Positions 12,033 through 23,600 of a stretch of DNA of 64,000 nucleotides are shown here, in pieces; positions within the stretch are counted from its first letter, which is position 1; every line of letters begins with the position of its first letter. The notes beneath the pieces were generated by a model that was not told the origin of the DNA, searched no databases, and saw only the letters and a program-made list of their open reading frames with translations. The stretch lies in the NCBI GenBank assembly GCA_000092065.1, contig CP000582.1. One strand, given 5' to 3'. The position numbers were made by a program, and so were the translations under genes. Source of the stretch: Ostreococcus lucimarinus (taxonomy: Eukaryota).

Positions 12033-14198
12033 CTATTTGCTACTAGACGAAAGCTCTTCACTCAACTCATCTTTACTTATAAAACGTGCCACGGCTGCAA
12101 ATCTTAACAAGCTTGGCGTTGCCCGAAAAAGTGTAGGTGTAAAAATCAGACTTAGGGCTGTAGTTCCGAGGAGTAGAAGATAGAGCTTTCTCTCAACAAG
12201 GTTTGCACCAGAGGCTCTTGAAAGCAAAACGAAAGACAATTCACCCACTTGTGCGAGAGATACCCCAACTGTAAAACTAGTGTACAAATTATACCCGAAC
12301 GCCCGCACTACTACTGCGATCAAAGTTGTCTTAAATATAATTACGGCGAAAACTGACATGACCAGCACGTCCAAGTGTAACCATAGGAAATATGGGTTCA
12401 TGATAAGTCCAATCGATGTTAGAAAAAGCGCCGTAAAGATGTTACGAAAGGGTTCGAGACTATGGAGCGTCTGATCGGCGTAAGGCGTCGCCGACACCGC
12501 GACGCCAGCGACGAAAGCACCCAGTTCCATGGAAAGTCCTAGACGCTCCGAGGCACAGGCTACGATCAAGCAAAACGCAACACCCGTTAATTGATAACTC
12601 TCGTCACTGTGAGCTGCTACGAATCTGAATATTCGTTTAGTGATAATTCCAGAAAGGAGTGTAAATACTAGCACAAATATTATCATCTTCACAACAACGC
12701 CCGCAAAGCTCCAAAGTGTGGAGCCCTGGCTACTAGCAAGAACTGGTATAAGTGCGAACAACAAGCCTATAGTGCAGTCCTGCAAAATCAATGTCCCCAT
12801 TGTGATTTGTCCACAGAGCGTTCGGAGATTGTCTCTTTCTATCAAACACTTACCGACGACAGCTGTCGAACTCACGGAGAGAAAGGCACCGACAAATATT
12901 CCTTCTTTGGCAGATGCACCGGCAAAGTCACTCACTACACCGCAAACGAGCATCGAAAGAAGCATTTGAAGAAACCCACCATATACGGCCACACTTTGCA
13001 CTTGTCGAAGTTTCGTGATGTCAAACTCTAGACCAAGGCCAAACAGAAGAAAAATTATACCAAATTGGGCAAAGGTCTCAACTTGAACTAGTTCTACTAT
13101 CATGCCAAACCCACCAGGACCAACTAGTGAACCCGCAACAAGATAACCGGTGATTAGCGGCTGTTGTAAAAGGGCAAACAAAGAACCACCAGCAGCAGCT
13201 GAGCAGAGCATAATGACAAGGTCATTTATAAGTCTTAAATCTTGTTGTAGTTCCATCGTTCCCCGCTTTGGATTGGATATCACGAACTCGTTGTCGGCGG
13301 CATCGACTAAGCGGTCAACGTCTTCGGAGTTTTCCTTGTTCGCTCCAAACGCACGATCTATATCGCGTTTAACACCGACGAGCTGCGTCAGCAACGTGGT
13401 TTCTCTTCTGTTTGCCTGTTGACTATCTTCTGCCCCCTCCATACTCAACTGTTCCAGAGCTTTTTCTGCCTGGATATGTGTCTTTGTTTCTCCAACTGTT
13501 GCTTCATTTCGTTGTGTTGATACGCTCTCCACAACTTTATGAGATGCGTCGTCCTTCAGGTCTCTGGTGGCATCGTCAGAAGGTTCCGTAGCTACTTCTC
13601 CTCCGCGTGGCCTGTGAAGTCTAATGACAGTCTCCAGTGTTCCGCCTTCACTTCGAACGGTATTACTGAAACTTCTCCCTGCACCAGTTGCTGTTCCATG
13701 TACCGCCGTCTCCTCGTCTTCGAACTCTTTTTGTAAAAGTGTGTTGAATTGGGCCGCGATAGTCTTGTTGAAGACTCGCTCCTTGTCGGTATCCGCGGCA
13801 GCGAGTTCACTGTCCAGCAACTGACGGGCAAACGTACCACGTCCGTGTGCGCACGCCGGAAGCACTAGTACGACGATGAAACACAAACGCCAACATTGCA
13901 TGCTGCAAGCACGACTGTGCGCAGCGCTCGAGCGTGCAATTATTCCGCGGAAACCTGAACGACACAAGCGATCGTCGAAATTTTCGACTCGGAGACGAAA
14001 GTAGATTTTCCACAGAGAAAAATATAGAGACAAGTGAGCCATTAACATTATACTAGTATAAAATCCGCGAAATATAGCATAATTCCGCGTAATATATGAA
14101 AATCTATATCTACGTGAACCATGATCGCACCCTTTCCTTTCGCAAGAAAACCTTGGTACATTTAGATCATGATATACATCGGCGGCCTTCACACCCAC
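12033..14198 (-). CDS. CPA2-family K+(Na+)/H+ antiporter (KEA/Kef-like); likely true start at Met 13901 (signal-peptide-like MQCWRLCFIVVLVLPACAHG)
   Basis: 721-aa intronless ORF. The C-terminal ~400 aa is a polytopic membrane domain with the FLLFGLGLEF motif typical of Kef/KEA exchangers. The N-terminal half is a soluble acidic region. Confidence 0.75.
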   Translation of the reverse strand: MGVKAADVYHDLNVPRFSCERKGCDHGSRRYRFSYITRNYAIFRGFYTSIMLMAHLSLYFSLWKIYFRLRVENFDDRLCRSGFRGIIARSSAAHSRACSMQCWRLCFIVVLVLPACAHGRGTFARQLLDSELAAADTDKERVFNKTIAAQFNTLLQKEFEDEETAVHGTATGAGRSFSNTVRSEGGTLETVIRLHRPRGGEVATEPSDDATRDLKDDASHKVVESVSTQRNEATVGETKTHIQAEKALEQLSMEGAEDSQQANRRETTLLTQLVGVKRDIDRAFGANKENSEDVDRLVDAADNEFVISNPKRGTMELQQDLRLINDLVIMLCSAAAGGSLFALLQQPLITGYLVAGSLVGPGGFGMIVELVQVETFAQFGIIFLLFGLGLEFDITKLRQVQSVAVYGGFLQMLLSMLVCGVVSDFAGASAKEGIFVGAFLSVSSTAVVGKCLIERDNLRTLCGQITMGTLILQDCTIGLLFALIPVLASSQGSTLWSFAGVVVKMIIFVLVFTLLSGIITKRIFRFVAAHSDESYQLTGVAFCLIVACASERLGLSMELGAFVAGVAVSATPYADQTLHSLEPFRNIFTALFLTSIGLIMNPYFLWLHLDVLVMSVFAVIIFKTTLIAVVVRAFGYNLYTSFTVGVSLAQVGELSFVLLSRASGANLVERKLYLLLLGTTALSLIFTPTLFRATPSLLRFAAVARFISKDELSEELSSSSK

Positions 14199-14231
14199 GC
14201 CTTGTGTGAAACATAGGTAATTCTTTTACAC

Positions 14232-15197
14232 ATGATCGTACGCTGCCACGGTCCGCCAGCGTCACGTGTATTCTCACGACTTGGACGTATTCGTACGGCT
14301 CGAACGAGGACGGCTTTGAAGGGAGTAAGAGCCTTAGACGCGGCGCAGCCTTTTGACGGCGAGAACAAGCAACGGATGAGGGAACATAAAATAAAGTTGA
14401 AAATTGGCATTATAGGCTTCGGCAACTTCGGGCAATTTCTTTCGAAGCACTTCGTCGATCAAGGACATACAGTGATAGCTACATCGCGAGGCAACTATTC
14501 AGACATAGCCAAAGATCTGCGAGTTAGATTCTACCGAGATGCCGATGACTTTTGTGAGGAGCATCCAGACGTTGTGGTTGTCTGCACGAGTATACTGTCT
14601 ACTGACGCGACTCTGAGGAACTTCCCTCTACAGAGACTCAAAAGAAGTACTCTTTTTTGTGATGTGCTATCAGTGAAACAGTTTCCAAAGCAACTTTTCC
14701 AGCAACTCTTACCACCTGATTTTGATATATTGTGCTTGCACCCGATGTTTGGTCCGGATAGCGGCAAGCACGGTTGGAGAGACTTGCCTCTCGTTTTCGA
14801 TAAGGTTCGAATTGGGACCGAACCTTGCAGAGAAGAACGCTGCGCGAGACTCCTTGGAATTTTTGAGGCTGCTGGCTGTCGAATGGTGGAGATGTCGTGT
14901 GAAGAACATGATCGCCAAGCGGCCTCTTCTCAGTTCATAACCCATACAGTGGGCCGAATGCTCGGTACGATGGAGCTTACAGAAACAACGATTAGCACGA
15001 AGGGTTTTGAATCACTCCTATCACTTGTCGACAATACCTACAACGATTCGTTTGAACTCTATTATGGGTTATTCATGTATAACAAAAATGCAACTGCTGA
15101 GCTTTCTCGACTTGAGCTTGCATTTACAAAAGTGAAGGGTGAGTTATTCGATCGTCTGCATGAACGCATACGAAACGATATATTTGAGGAAAGTTGA
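14232..15197 (+). CDS. TYRA: Arogenate/prephenate dehydrogenase (TyrA), possibly with transit peptide
   Basis: KIGIIGFGNFGQFLSKHFVDQGHTVIATSR is a Rossmann motif almost identical in pattern to plant arogenate dehydrogenases. LCLHPMFGPDSG is also present. The ORF is intronless. Confidence 0.85.
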   Translation: MIVRCHGPPASRVFSRLGRIRTARTRTALKGVRALDAAQPFDGENKQRMREHKIKLKIGIIGFGNFGQFLSKHFVDQGHTVIATSRGNYSDIAKDLRVRFYRDADDFCEEHPDVVVVCTSILSTDATLRNFPLQRLKRSTLFCDVLSVKQFPKQLFQQLLPPDFDILCLHPMFGPDSGKHGWRDLPLVFDKVRIGTEPCREERCARLLGIFEAAGCRMVEMSCEEHDRQAASSQFITHTVGRMLGTMELTETTISTKGFESLLSLVDNTYNDSFELYYGLFMYNKNATAELSRLELAFTKVKGELFDRLHERIRNDIFEES

Positions 15198-15214
15198 GAG
15201 GATTTGCATATTAT

Positions 15215-18200
15215 TTAACACTGGCGATCGCTCCAAGAGAGACAAACCGTTGCTCCATTGAGGGAAATGTCTTTCATTTCACCGCGAAATAATTCGCCAG
15301 CGACAGTGCAGTATTCACGTGCACTTAAAATAGCCTCGATCTCGTCCACTTTCGAAGAACCTTGCACACTGACACTATCCATTTTGATCTTTGGTCGAAC
15401 AACGCTTATATTCATACAAAGTGCCGATGATATCTCAAAATTGTCCCGGCCAAACACAACGTGTCCGTCATCTTTCTCTATGGTTGGTATGCAACCTAGA
15501 GACTTAGAAATATAGTCACCTTGAGAGTCCAGCATTTGGTGGATGAATTCTTCGTCGCCGTCTCCCGTAATAGTGTAAAGCACTTGAACTTGATCGTTTG
15601 TACGAAGTCCAGCACTTTTACGTAGCTTTTGGACACGGTTCACAAGCAGGCGAGCAGATGCTGAGAACAAAATAGAACTGTCGACGCTTAGATCCAGTAT
15701 GACCATACCTCCATCGTCCACTGTAGCATAAGCTACGTTAGCATCCTCTTGATGATTGAAATGATACTTAACGATGATATCCGAAGAAGTAAGTTCATGA
15801 CCTGCAATTACGGTTGACTTGCCACTCTGAAAAGTCGCAATTTTGAACGGATCCCATGATTTGATTTCTTGTGAAATTTCTTTCATGGACTTGCCTACTC
15901 GTTTACCCAACGCGGCAAAATTAGGTTCGGCTTTTAGCGTCGCAAACTTTGCCGGGTCGGAGCTCACCTCCACACGTCTCACATTCAGCTCATCTCTCAA
16001 GTATGATAGAAGTGCGTTCTGCGAGTCCTCAAGAAACTCAGTGTCAGAGTCGACAATCGTTATTGCTGATAAAGGCATTTTCAGTGGCTTTCCGGTACGT
16101 TCGCGTACAGCTCGAACGGTCTCTATCACAGCCTGCATCTTTGAGACGGAGCTCTCGATGCGAGGGGAGGAGCTTTGATTGAACCGAGGGAATTCACAGA
16201 GGTGAATACTTTCCTCTGATTCTGGCAGACAACGGCGTAAGTTCTGGTACATATTTTCCACAAAGAAAGGTGTGAACGGAGCCATTGTCTTGCATATAGT
16301 GAGAAGGACGTTGAACAACACGTCCAGGGCACATCTTGACTCGTCCCCGCCGTCTTTTCCTTTCAACCTACCCCGGTTGTAACGAACGTATACATTAGTC
16401 AACTGACTTATAAAAGAAATCAGCCTTGGCACAACGGTGTACAACCTGTAGCTATGCATCTCTTCGGTGACAAATTGTACGAGCGAGTTGGTTGAAGACA
16501 GTATCCATATATCGAGCACGTTTTTTGACGTCGGCTCTCCTTCACTCGGTGTAAAAGGGATCGATGCGGTTTCCTCAAGAAGACGAACGTTTTGCACGAG
16601 AAAGCGATACGCATTGTACCAAGGTAAGAAGACATCCTTCAAGACTCCAAAAACACCCTCCTCTTTGAACCTGAGAGGTTCAGCTCGCACAACAGGACTA
16701 TCAATCAGATATAAGCGAAGAGCATCTGCTCCGTACTTGTCTAAGATGGTGTTCGGATCAGGATAATTCTTCAGTGACTTGGACATCTTCTTCCCGTCTG
16801 AAGCCAGTACCAGACCATTGCAAATCAAATTTTTAAACGCAGGTTTGTCGAACAAAGCAGTTGAAAGCACCATCAGAGTATAGAACCAACCTCGGGTCTG
16901 ATCTAGACCCTCTGCTACAAAGTCTGCTGGAAAAGCGCTTTCAAACCTTTCTTTATTCTCAAACGGATAGTGTTGTTGGGCATATGGCATACTTCCACTT
17001 TCGAACCAACAATCAAAAACATCTTCGACGCGACGAAGTGGTGGGAACTCTGGACCGCGACTCGATGGTATTTCAAGATGGTCAATGAAATGACGATGTA
17101 AGTCGGTCACAACTTTCCCAGTTAGTTTCTCAAGCTCTGCAATTGAACCCACCACAATAGTCTCATCACCAGATGGAGAGGACCACACAGGTATGGGTGT
17201 CCCCCAATATCGATTTCTAGATATTGACCAATCATGTGCACTTTCAAGCCAGTTGTGGAAACGTTTTTCTTTCACGTATGTCGGCACCCACTCAGTTTGC
17301 AAATTGTTTGCGACAAGTCGCTCTTTGATCTCCTCTACTTTCACAAAAAACGAGGCCACTGCCCTGTAGATGAGAGGCGTTCTTGAACGCCAGCAGAAAG
17401 GGTAAGAGTGCACAATTCTCGCATTATCAATCAGACGACCACATTCTTTCGCCTGCTGAATTAGTAGTTTATCAGCATCTTTGATGTACATGCCTATGTA
17501 CGGTTGGGCCGCTGGTTCCATAAAACACCCATTCGCATCCACCGGGTCAGGAAGCGCGTCATCTTTTTGGAGAACATTATTTTCAATGCACACACGATAA
17601 TCATCTTCACCATACGCGGGAGCTTGATGCACAACACCCGTCCCTGAGTCATCTGTCACATAAGAATCACAACACACAGTGAACGCTTTTGGTCCCAAAG
17701 AACCCTCAAACCAGTCAAATATCGGTTTATACTTCAAACCTGAAAGTGAACGACCACTGACTGATTTTAAAATGCACCACTCATCGTTTAGAACCTTAGT
17801 AATTCCCTTGCTTTTTTTTGTTGCATGAGGTAAGCTTTCCATGCGAGCCTCGGCCACGATATAAACATTGCCTTCTGGGTCCTTAAGGTAAACGTATTGT
17901 AATTCTGGATTGACACATAGCGCTGTGTTTGACGGAAGCGTCCATGGAGTTGTTGTCCACGCTACAAGCGACGCTCCAAGTTCACAGCCAACGACTGGAA
18001 ACGCAATCTGCGCAGAATATGATTTCACAATACCAAGCTGAAATAGACGAGCTTACCATAACCGCTGGGTCAGACACATCTCTGTAGTCCAGGCCAGCCT
18101 CAAAGTTTGATAGGGGGGTGTTACAGGCAGTAGAATATGGCATAACTTTAAATCCCTTGTAAATCTACCGAAGCGTTTTAAAAATGGGCTACATCATCAC

Positions 18201-19088
18201 GTGAAGGAAGTTAATACCAGTTTTTTATCGTCCAATGACTTGAAAACCCACCATATGCTTTCCTGCGCAACGCAATAAGAACATGCTACTTGTACTACCA
18301 GAAGACGTACCATGAAGTTTGGATCCATCGTTTTGTAATCATTTTCGAAGTCGATCCATCGGCCTATTCTTTTAACTGTTTTCTCCCACTCTGCAGAATA
18401 CCGAAGGACAATACTTCTACACTCTTCGTTGTAGTTTCCGATACCCATTTTAAGAACGTCTTCTCTCCCACCAATTTCTGAAATTTGACAGTGTGAATAC
18501 GATGTTCGTATTTTCAGAAACAAACGCACTTAATTTTTTGTCTATCTCATGCTCCACCGGTAGGCCGTGGCAGTCCCAGCCGAAGCGTCTCACGACGTGC
18601 TTCCCAGTTGTAGATGCAAATCGGGTCACGATATCCTATAATCGGATGAAACTGCTGTCGAACACGTCCCAAGCAACACAAACCTTGATGGTACCCGCCA
18701 AAAGGTGGCCATAGTGAGGAAGACCAGTCGCAAACGGAGGACCATCGTAGAAGACAAACCTGTAGAAATCAGTCAAGCAGTTGAAGTTTGAGAGGAGAAC
18801 GAGACTTACTCGGGTTTGCCCTCAGTGCGGCGTAGCTGTTCGCCAAACGCATCAATGTCGTCCCATAGTTTCAAGATGCGTAGCTCCTACGTCGAGTGCG
18901 TGAATTTGGCGCAGTTTACAGCGTTTCGTTGGGTCTCGCACTTCGTCGGGAAAAGAGTATTGCTGCCCTTCGACGACCTCATATAACGTCATTCTGGGCG
19001 ATGACGCAGAAAGCTCCTTTGAAAGCTGCTGTCGAAGTTTTCGTCGTCTTGAAGCCGTGCCGCTTCGTGAGGAGGGCTTTGTGTACAC
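15215..19088 (-). CDS. IARS1: Cytoplasmic-type isoleucyl-tRNA synthetase, multi-exon
   Basis: The main ORF 15215..18028 carries [14 protein letters not shown] (KMSKS). Upstream exons read [25 protein letters not shown] (HIGH), [19 protein letters not shown] and [30 protein letters not shown]. The start is either Met 19088 or the internal MTLYEV. Confidence 0.9.
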
Positions 19089-19347
19089 CGCGTTGAGGTT
19101 TTGGCCCTTCCGAGGTATTTATTACTGTTCGTATTTTTCGACTTGTAGCCACAAATCTACATGGTATAGCCTGAAAACGCCATCATGAAAAAACAACATC
19201 CTTCGTACTTACACAGAAAATCCATCTTCTTCACCCACACACCGCGAACTAACTATAGTAACTAGTACAGTACAGATCTACCTGTTCTGTGCCTGTAACA
19301 CGCGCGCGCCCGCCGCCACACCTGTCGTCAGCGAGGGACGACGAGCT

Positions 19348-20532
19348 ATGGGCGATACGAGCATGGTGCTGGAGCGCGCATCGCAAGATTTGATGAAACT
19401 AGAACTCGCTGGTATCATCACACCGCAGGAACGTAAGCATATATTTTCAACGCGCTCCAAACATGAGAATTCGCTGGCACGGCAGCGTGGTTCCAGTGAA
19501 CGCGCTTTTCTTGCATACAGTTCGTATGAGCTCGCTCTTGAGACTACGCTGCGGCTACGAATGAGAAAGAGCCGACATCACGCTCTCGCATCGACAGTCC
19601 AACAGCACGTACGCCGAGTCCTGGGTCGCGCTGTTCGTCAAAATACTTCGAGCCTTCATCTCTGGTACGTATTTGTACAGTACTGCGAGAAGCATGGTAG
19701 CAACAAATTATTATCTCGTGTGCTTGCGAAAGCGCTGAGATATCACACCGACAGCGTTGGACTTTGGTTGTATGCCGCAACCTTCGAGTTTCAGAAAAAC
19801 CTCAATGTGAATGCTGCTCGAGCTATCTTGCAACGTGCGCTGCGAAACTGCGCCGAAAAAGGCGACATCTGGTTAGCTTACTTCAAGATGGAAATTATGT
19901 ATGCGAACGTCATCAAGTCTCGGAAAGCGGCGCTACTATCCCAAAGTTTGACCGAAGCGACTGAGAGTAGCAAGGGTGGGATCCAACTGAAGGTTGAAGA
20001 TGGCGCGATTGCATTTCTGGTCTTTCACAAGGGCGCGTCTCAACAAGAACGAGATTCAAACTTGTGCCTGAGGATGCTCTGTGCTGCCATGGGCCTACAT
20101 CACGCTAGTACACTAATCGAGCGCATGCTCGCATCACGCATAGCATACGAGCAAGAGACAGCTACGGTAGCAAATTTTATTCTTCATAAGAAACGAACTC
20201 GTGCTACTTATCGCAGCTTGCATAAGTTGCTTAGTACGCGCGACGTATCAGCGCACATGGTGAACCAACTTCATGCCCTCCGGCGGACCCTGGAAGAATC
20301 TGAACTCAGCACCAGTACCTGGAGTAAATTATCTTTCCTATTAAAACGTGTCCATTATTCGGTGGAAGAAAAAGCCTTGCAAATGTTGAACAAGGCGCTC
20401 GTACTGCATTCGCTTGGTGTGGACACAAGATTTTCAAAGAGGCAGGGCGCACACGCAATGATAACATGTTTCAACTTTGAAGAACACGAATTTCTACAAA
20501 AAGGGCACTTTTTCAGTGCCCGAATGTATTGA
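19348..20532 (+). CDS. UTP6: U3 snoRNP / SSU processome protein UTP6 (HAT repeats)
   Basis: The N-terminus LERASQDLMKLELAGIITPQERKHIFSTRSKHENSL..FLAYSSYELALETTLRLRMRK and the following HAT repeats (LWYVFVQYCEK, LWLYAATFEFQ, IWLAYFKMEI) are colinear with UTP6. Confidence 0.7.
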   Translation: MGDTSMVLERASQDLMKLELAGIITPQERKHIFSTRSKHENSLARQRGSSERAFLAYSSYELALETTLRLRMRKSRHHALASTVQQHVRRVLGRAVRQNTSSLHLWYVFVQYCEKHGSNKLLSRVLAKALRYHTDSVGLWLYAATFEFQKNLNVNAARAILQRALRNCAEKGDIWLAYFKMEIMYANVIKSRKAALLSQSLTEATESSKGGIQLKVEDGAIAFLVFHKGASQQERDSNLCLRMLCAAMGLHHASTLIERMLASRIAYEQETATVANFILHKKRTRATYRSLHKLLSTRDVSAHMVNQLHALRRTLEESELSTSTWSKLSFLLKRVHYSVEEKALQMLNKALVLHSLGVDTRFSKRQGAHAMITCFNFEEHEFLQKGHFFSARMY

Positions 20533-20625
20533 CTCATAAATAACCACCGCTTATACCTACCATCTGAAACAGAATCACATTGCAGAAGTTGGAAAATAAG
20601 AGTCGTGCAGTCACGTGTTACCAGT

Positions 20626-23600
20626 TCAACATCGGTACTTCAGTTCCTGTGTTCGACATATCGATGTGGGTACTCCGTAAATTATGGGTGCCGCTCCAAC
20701 AAGGTACTTTAGCTGACACGCGTATCGTGCAACTCGTACAGCATCACTCGCACATTGGAACTCCGGAGATTCGTTCATAGAGTACGATAACCACTGCTCT
20801 AGCAATCGCGAAGAGAACCTATCAATGTCGCGATCAGTGACGTCCCACATATTAGCTATCACGATGGGAGCGCCAGCAAGTAGATATAGCATAGAGATAC
20901 TAGATAGTGATGAACACTCCATAATATCATATACACCACTCGAACAGCCCATTAATACCGTTGCAGTACAAATTGAAGCATCCTGGAAGGAGCCCGTCTT
21001 CAAAATATCTTGTCCTCCACCATGACCGAAATAAAGGTAGAAATCAAAGCTCTGGAGTGATTGGATCAATTCACTTGCGGTAGGCGACGTTCCGCTGACA
21101 CCATCCCACCCTGCTTTTGTCAGCAAAGGTTCAAGCTGTTGCTGTGTGCCGAGTAGATCGCCAGTCGGATTCAAAACAAAAAAAGTACTACTAATATTCT
21201 TTGCATGTCTTGTGTTGCTCTGGAAATCAGCGATACTTTGAGCGATAGCAACTGAGGGCGTTCTATATATGCGCTGATTATTTAAAGAATCAAGAGATTC
21301 CCAGGTGAAATGTCGCGTGACATCGTCAAGTGAAACAATGACAGCACTCCGCTGCAAAAAGCAACCAGCATTTGTCAGAGAAGTAGTTCTCTTCAGTTCA
21401 GCCAGATATTTCCGCGCAAAAGTGACCATGTCAGCAACATGTTCGCACGTGGATATTTTCTGTAACACGCTTTGTTTATCAGAAGATAAAACTAGGCACA
21501 CTGGAGCTGATTTATGTTCGCATGGATTCAACAGAAGAGACGAAAGTGCGAGCCTGAACTCGTCGTCTGTCATGCAATCTAAGCCATGGATAAGTAGCCG
21601 GAGCAGCTGCGAAGCTGATGCAACAAGCTGTAAATCTAGCTTTGATGCAAGAATCCGAAGTCTAGACATGAGTTCATCGTATAAATCTCGAAGTTGTTGT
21701 TGTTGCTGCAGCACTAAATCACCAAGTAATAGAACCCTCCACGCACCAAGTACGTCTATGTCAAGTTGAGAAAGTATCTTGCGGAGGCTAGCATCAAGTT
21801 GAAGTCGCTTTTCCCACCAGACAATTTTTGAACTTCTGCTGTCCACCGAAGTAGGTAGATTTTTCTGTTCTTTGATGATCCGTGAAAAGTTATGAAATAT
21901 TTCGCTAAGAAATGGGTTGGCGATTTGAACACAAAGCGCAGATCCGTCGACGCCACTTACTCTGGAGATGATCAGTTTGTCGCGGCGATTATCGTTGTCG
22001 GTGTGAGTGCACTTCACTATCCCTATTGTCAGCACCGGTGAACCCGTGATCGCTGTCTGTCGACATTTTTCTCCCAAGGCATTGTCTACACCAGCAAGTT
22101 CAGCGATTTCTTCACGAGATACTTGAAGACACTGGACTGCAGACGCAAACTGAGGAAATTGATCGCATTTCATCTTTCTCATCTTCCGAACGAAAGCCTC
22201 GTCGCACTGTAGCCACTTGACGGTTTTGAGCGTCAGTAAAGCTAGATACTGACTCCTTGTGACTGCTCCGTAGCAAGTTTGTAATCCGCTTGCTACTTTA
22301 CAGGGACTTTGTGTGTGATCAGAAATCATCAACGACAGAAGTCTCGACTGTAGTTCCCAAAGGATGATAGGAGTGTCACGACATCGCCATAACAGCTCCA
22401 TTACTTTGTTTCTCATTTCTATGGACATGCACACTGCGGGAGAGCGTGAATCCAAGCCCGGGCGAGGCATATCAAGTGGAAGGACTATTGAAAAGTCAAG
22501 CTTCAGTTCACATGAAAGTGAGAGAGCAACCAAAATTGGCTCATAATTCCGACAATCTTTCAACAGAGCCCCCAGGAGTGAAAATGATGTATCTGTATCT
22601 GGATCGTCCGAAGGTGTTAGAACTCCAAGATATAATAGCCTCGCATAAATTGAGCGAAAAGGACCCAACAACGAGGCACAAAGTGAGTGTTGTAAATGGT
22701 CAACATGCGCATTCACCTGACACCCACGTGACTCTGCCCTTCTATGCACAACGGCAGATATTTCGGCTATGGTTTCTCTAACTCGTGATATGTTCGTACC
22801 ACGAAACTCGGACTTATGCTCGTTTTCACAACACGAGCACTCTATGATTGAAGATAAAACCTTCGCATACACGTCCATCCTGGTATCGAAGATACTTTCT
22901 TGCGTTCTTCGGAAAAGGGCTCCATCGATAACCTCATGATAAGTCAAAAGCTCATCTCTAGCTTCTGTCAACCTTCCAAGTCGTTGATAAGTACCCGCCT
23001 TGCGTAAGTGTACAGCTCCTTGCAACGCATGCGAGCATACTCGGCGAGATAATTTCAAAGCTTCATCAAATGCGTGCAGGCTGGAAGACACCATGCCTAT
23101 CTCAGCGCAGATAGTTGCTTTCGTGCAGAGCGCTGATATGTAAGTCCCGACCACAAAAAAGTAGGAAACTTTTGGATCACATATACTTGCTTCTCCAGTT
23201 ACCTCTTTCACCGAGTCATGGTAGGAGCTGAGGCAATTTCGCAGGGAAGAAAGAGCAATTTCCACATAAGAGAATGCCTCGCTAATATGTCCTCTTTCTG
23301 CAGCAACACCTGCTAGAAGAAGTTTGGATCTCCCCTGATGAGCGCTACACGTTTTGGATATGCGTCTCTGCCACGGACGATGTCTATGAAGCGATAGTAG
23401 TAGACATGGCGCCGGAATTGGTGCCAGAAGAATAGCAGCAACATGGCTTGTTGTCTCCGGACAAATGAAATGTCTTAGCCTGTTTGATAAATGAGTAGAA
23501 CCTAAGGTATTCAACTTCTCGCAAATGTCTTGTATAGCTTCGAACATGCGTCGAACACCGTCTGAACTTTTTGCATTCAAGTGCTCTTCAAACACGCGAC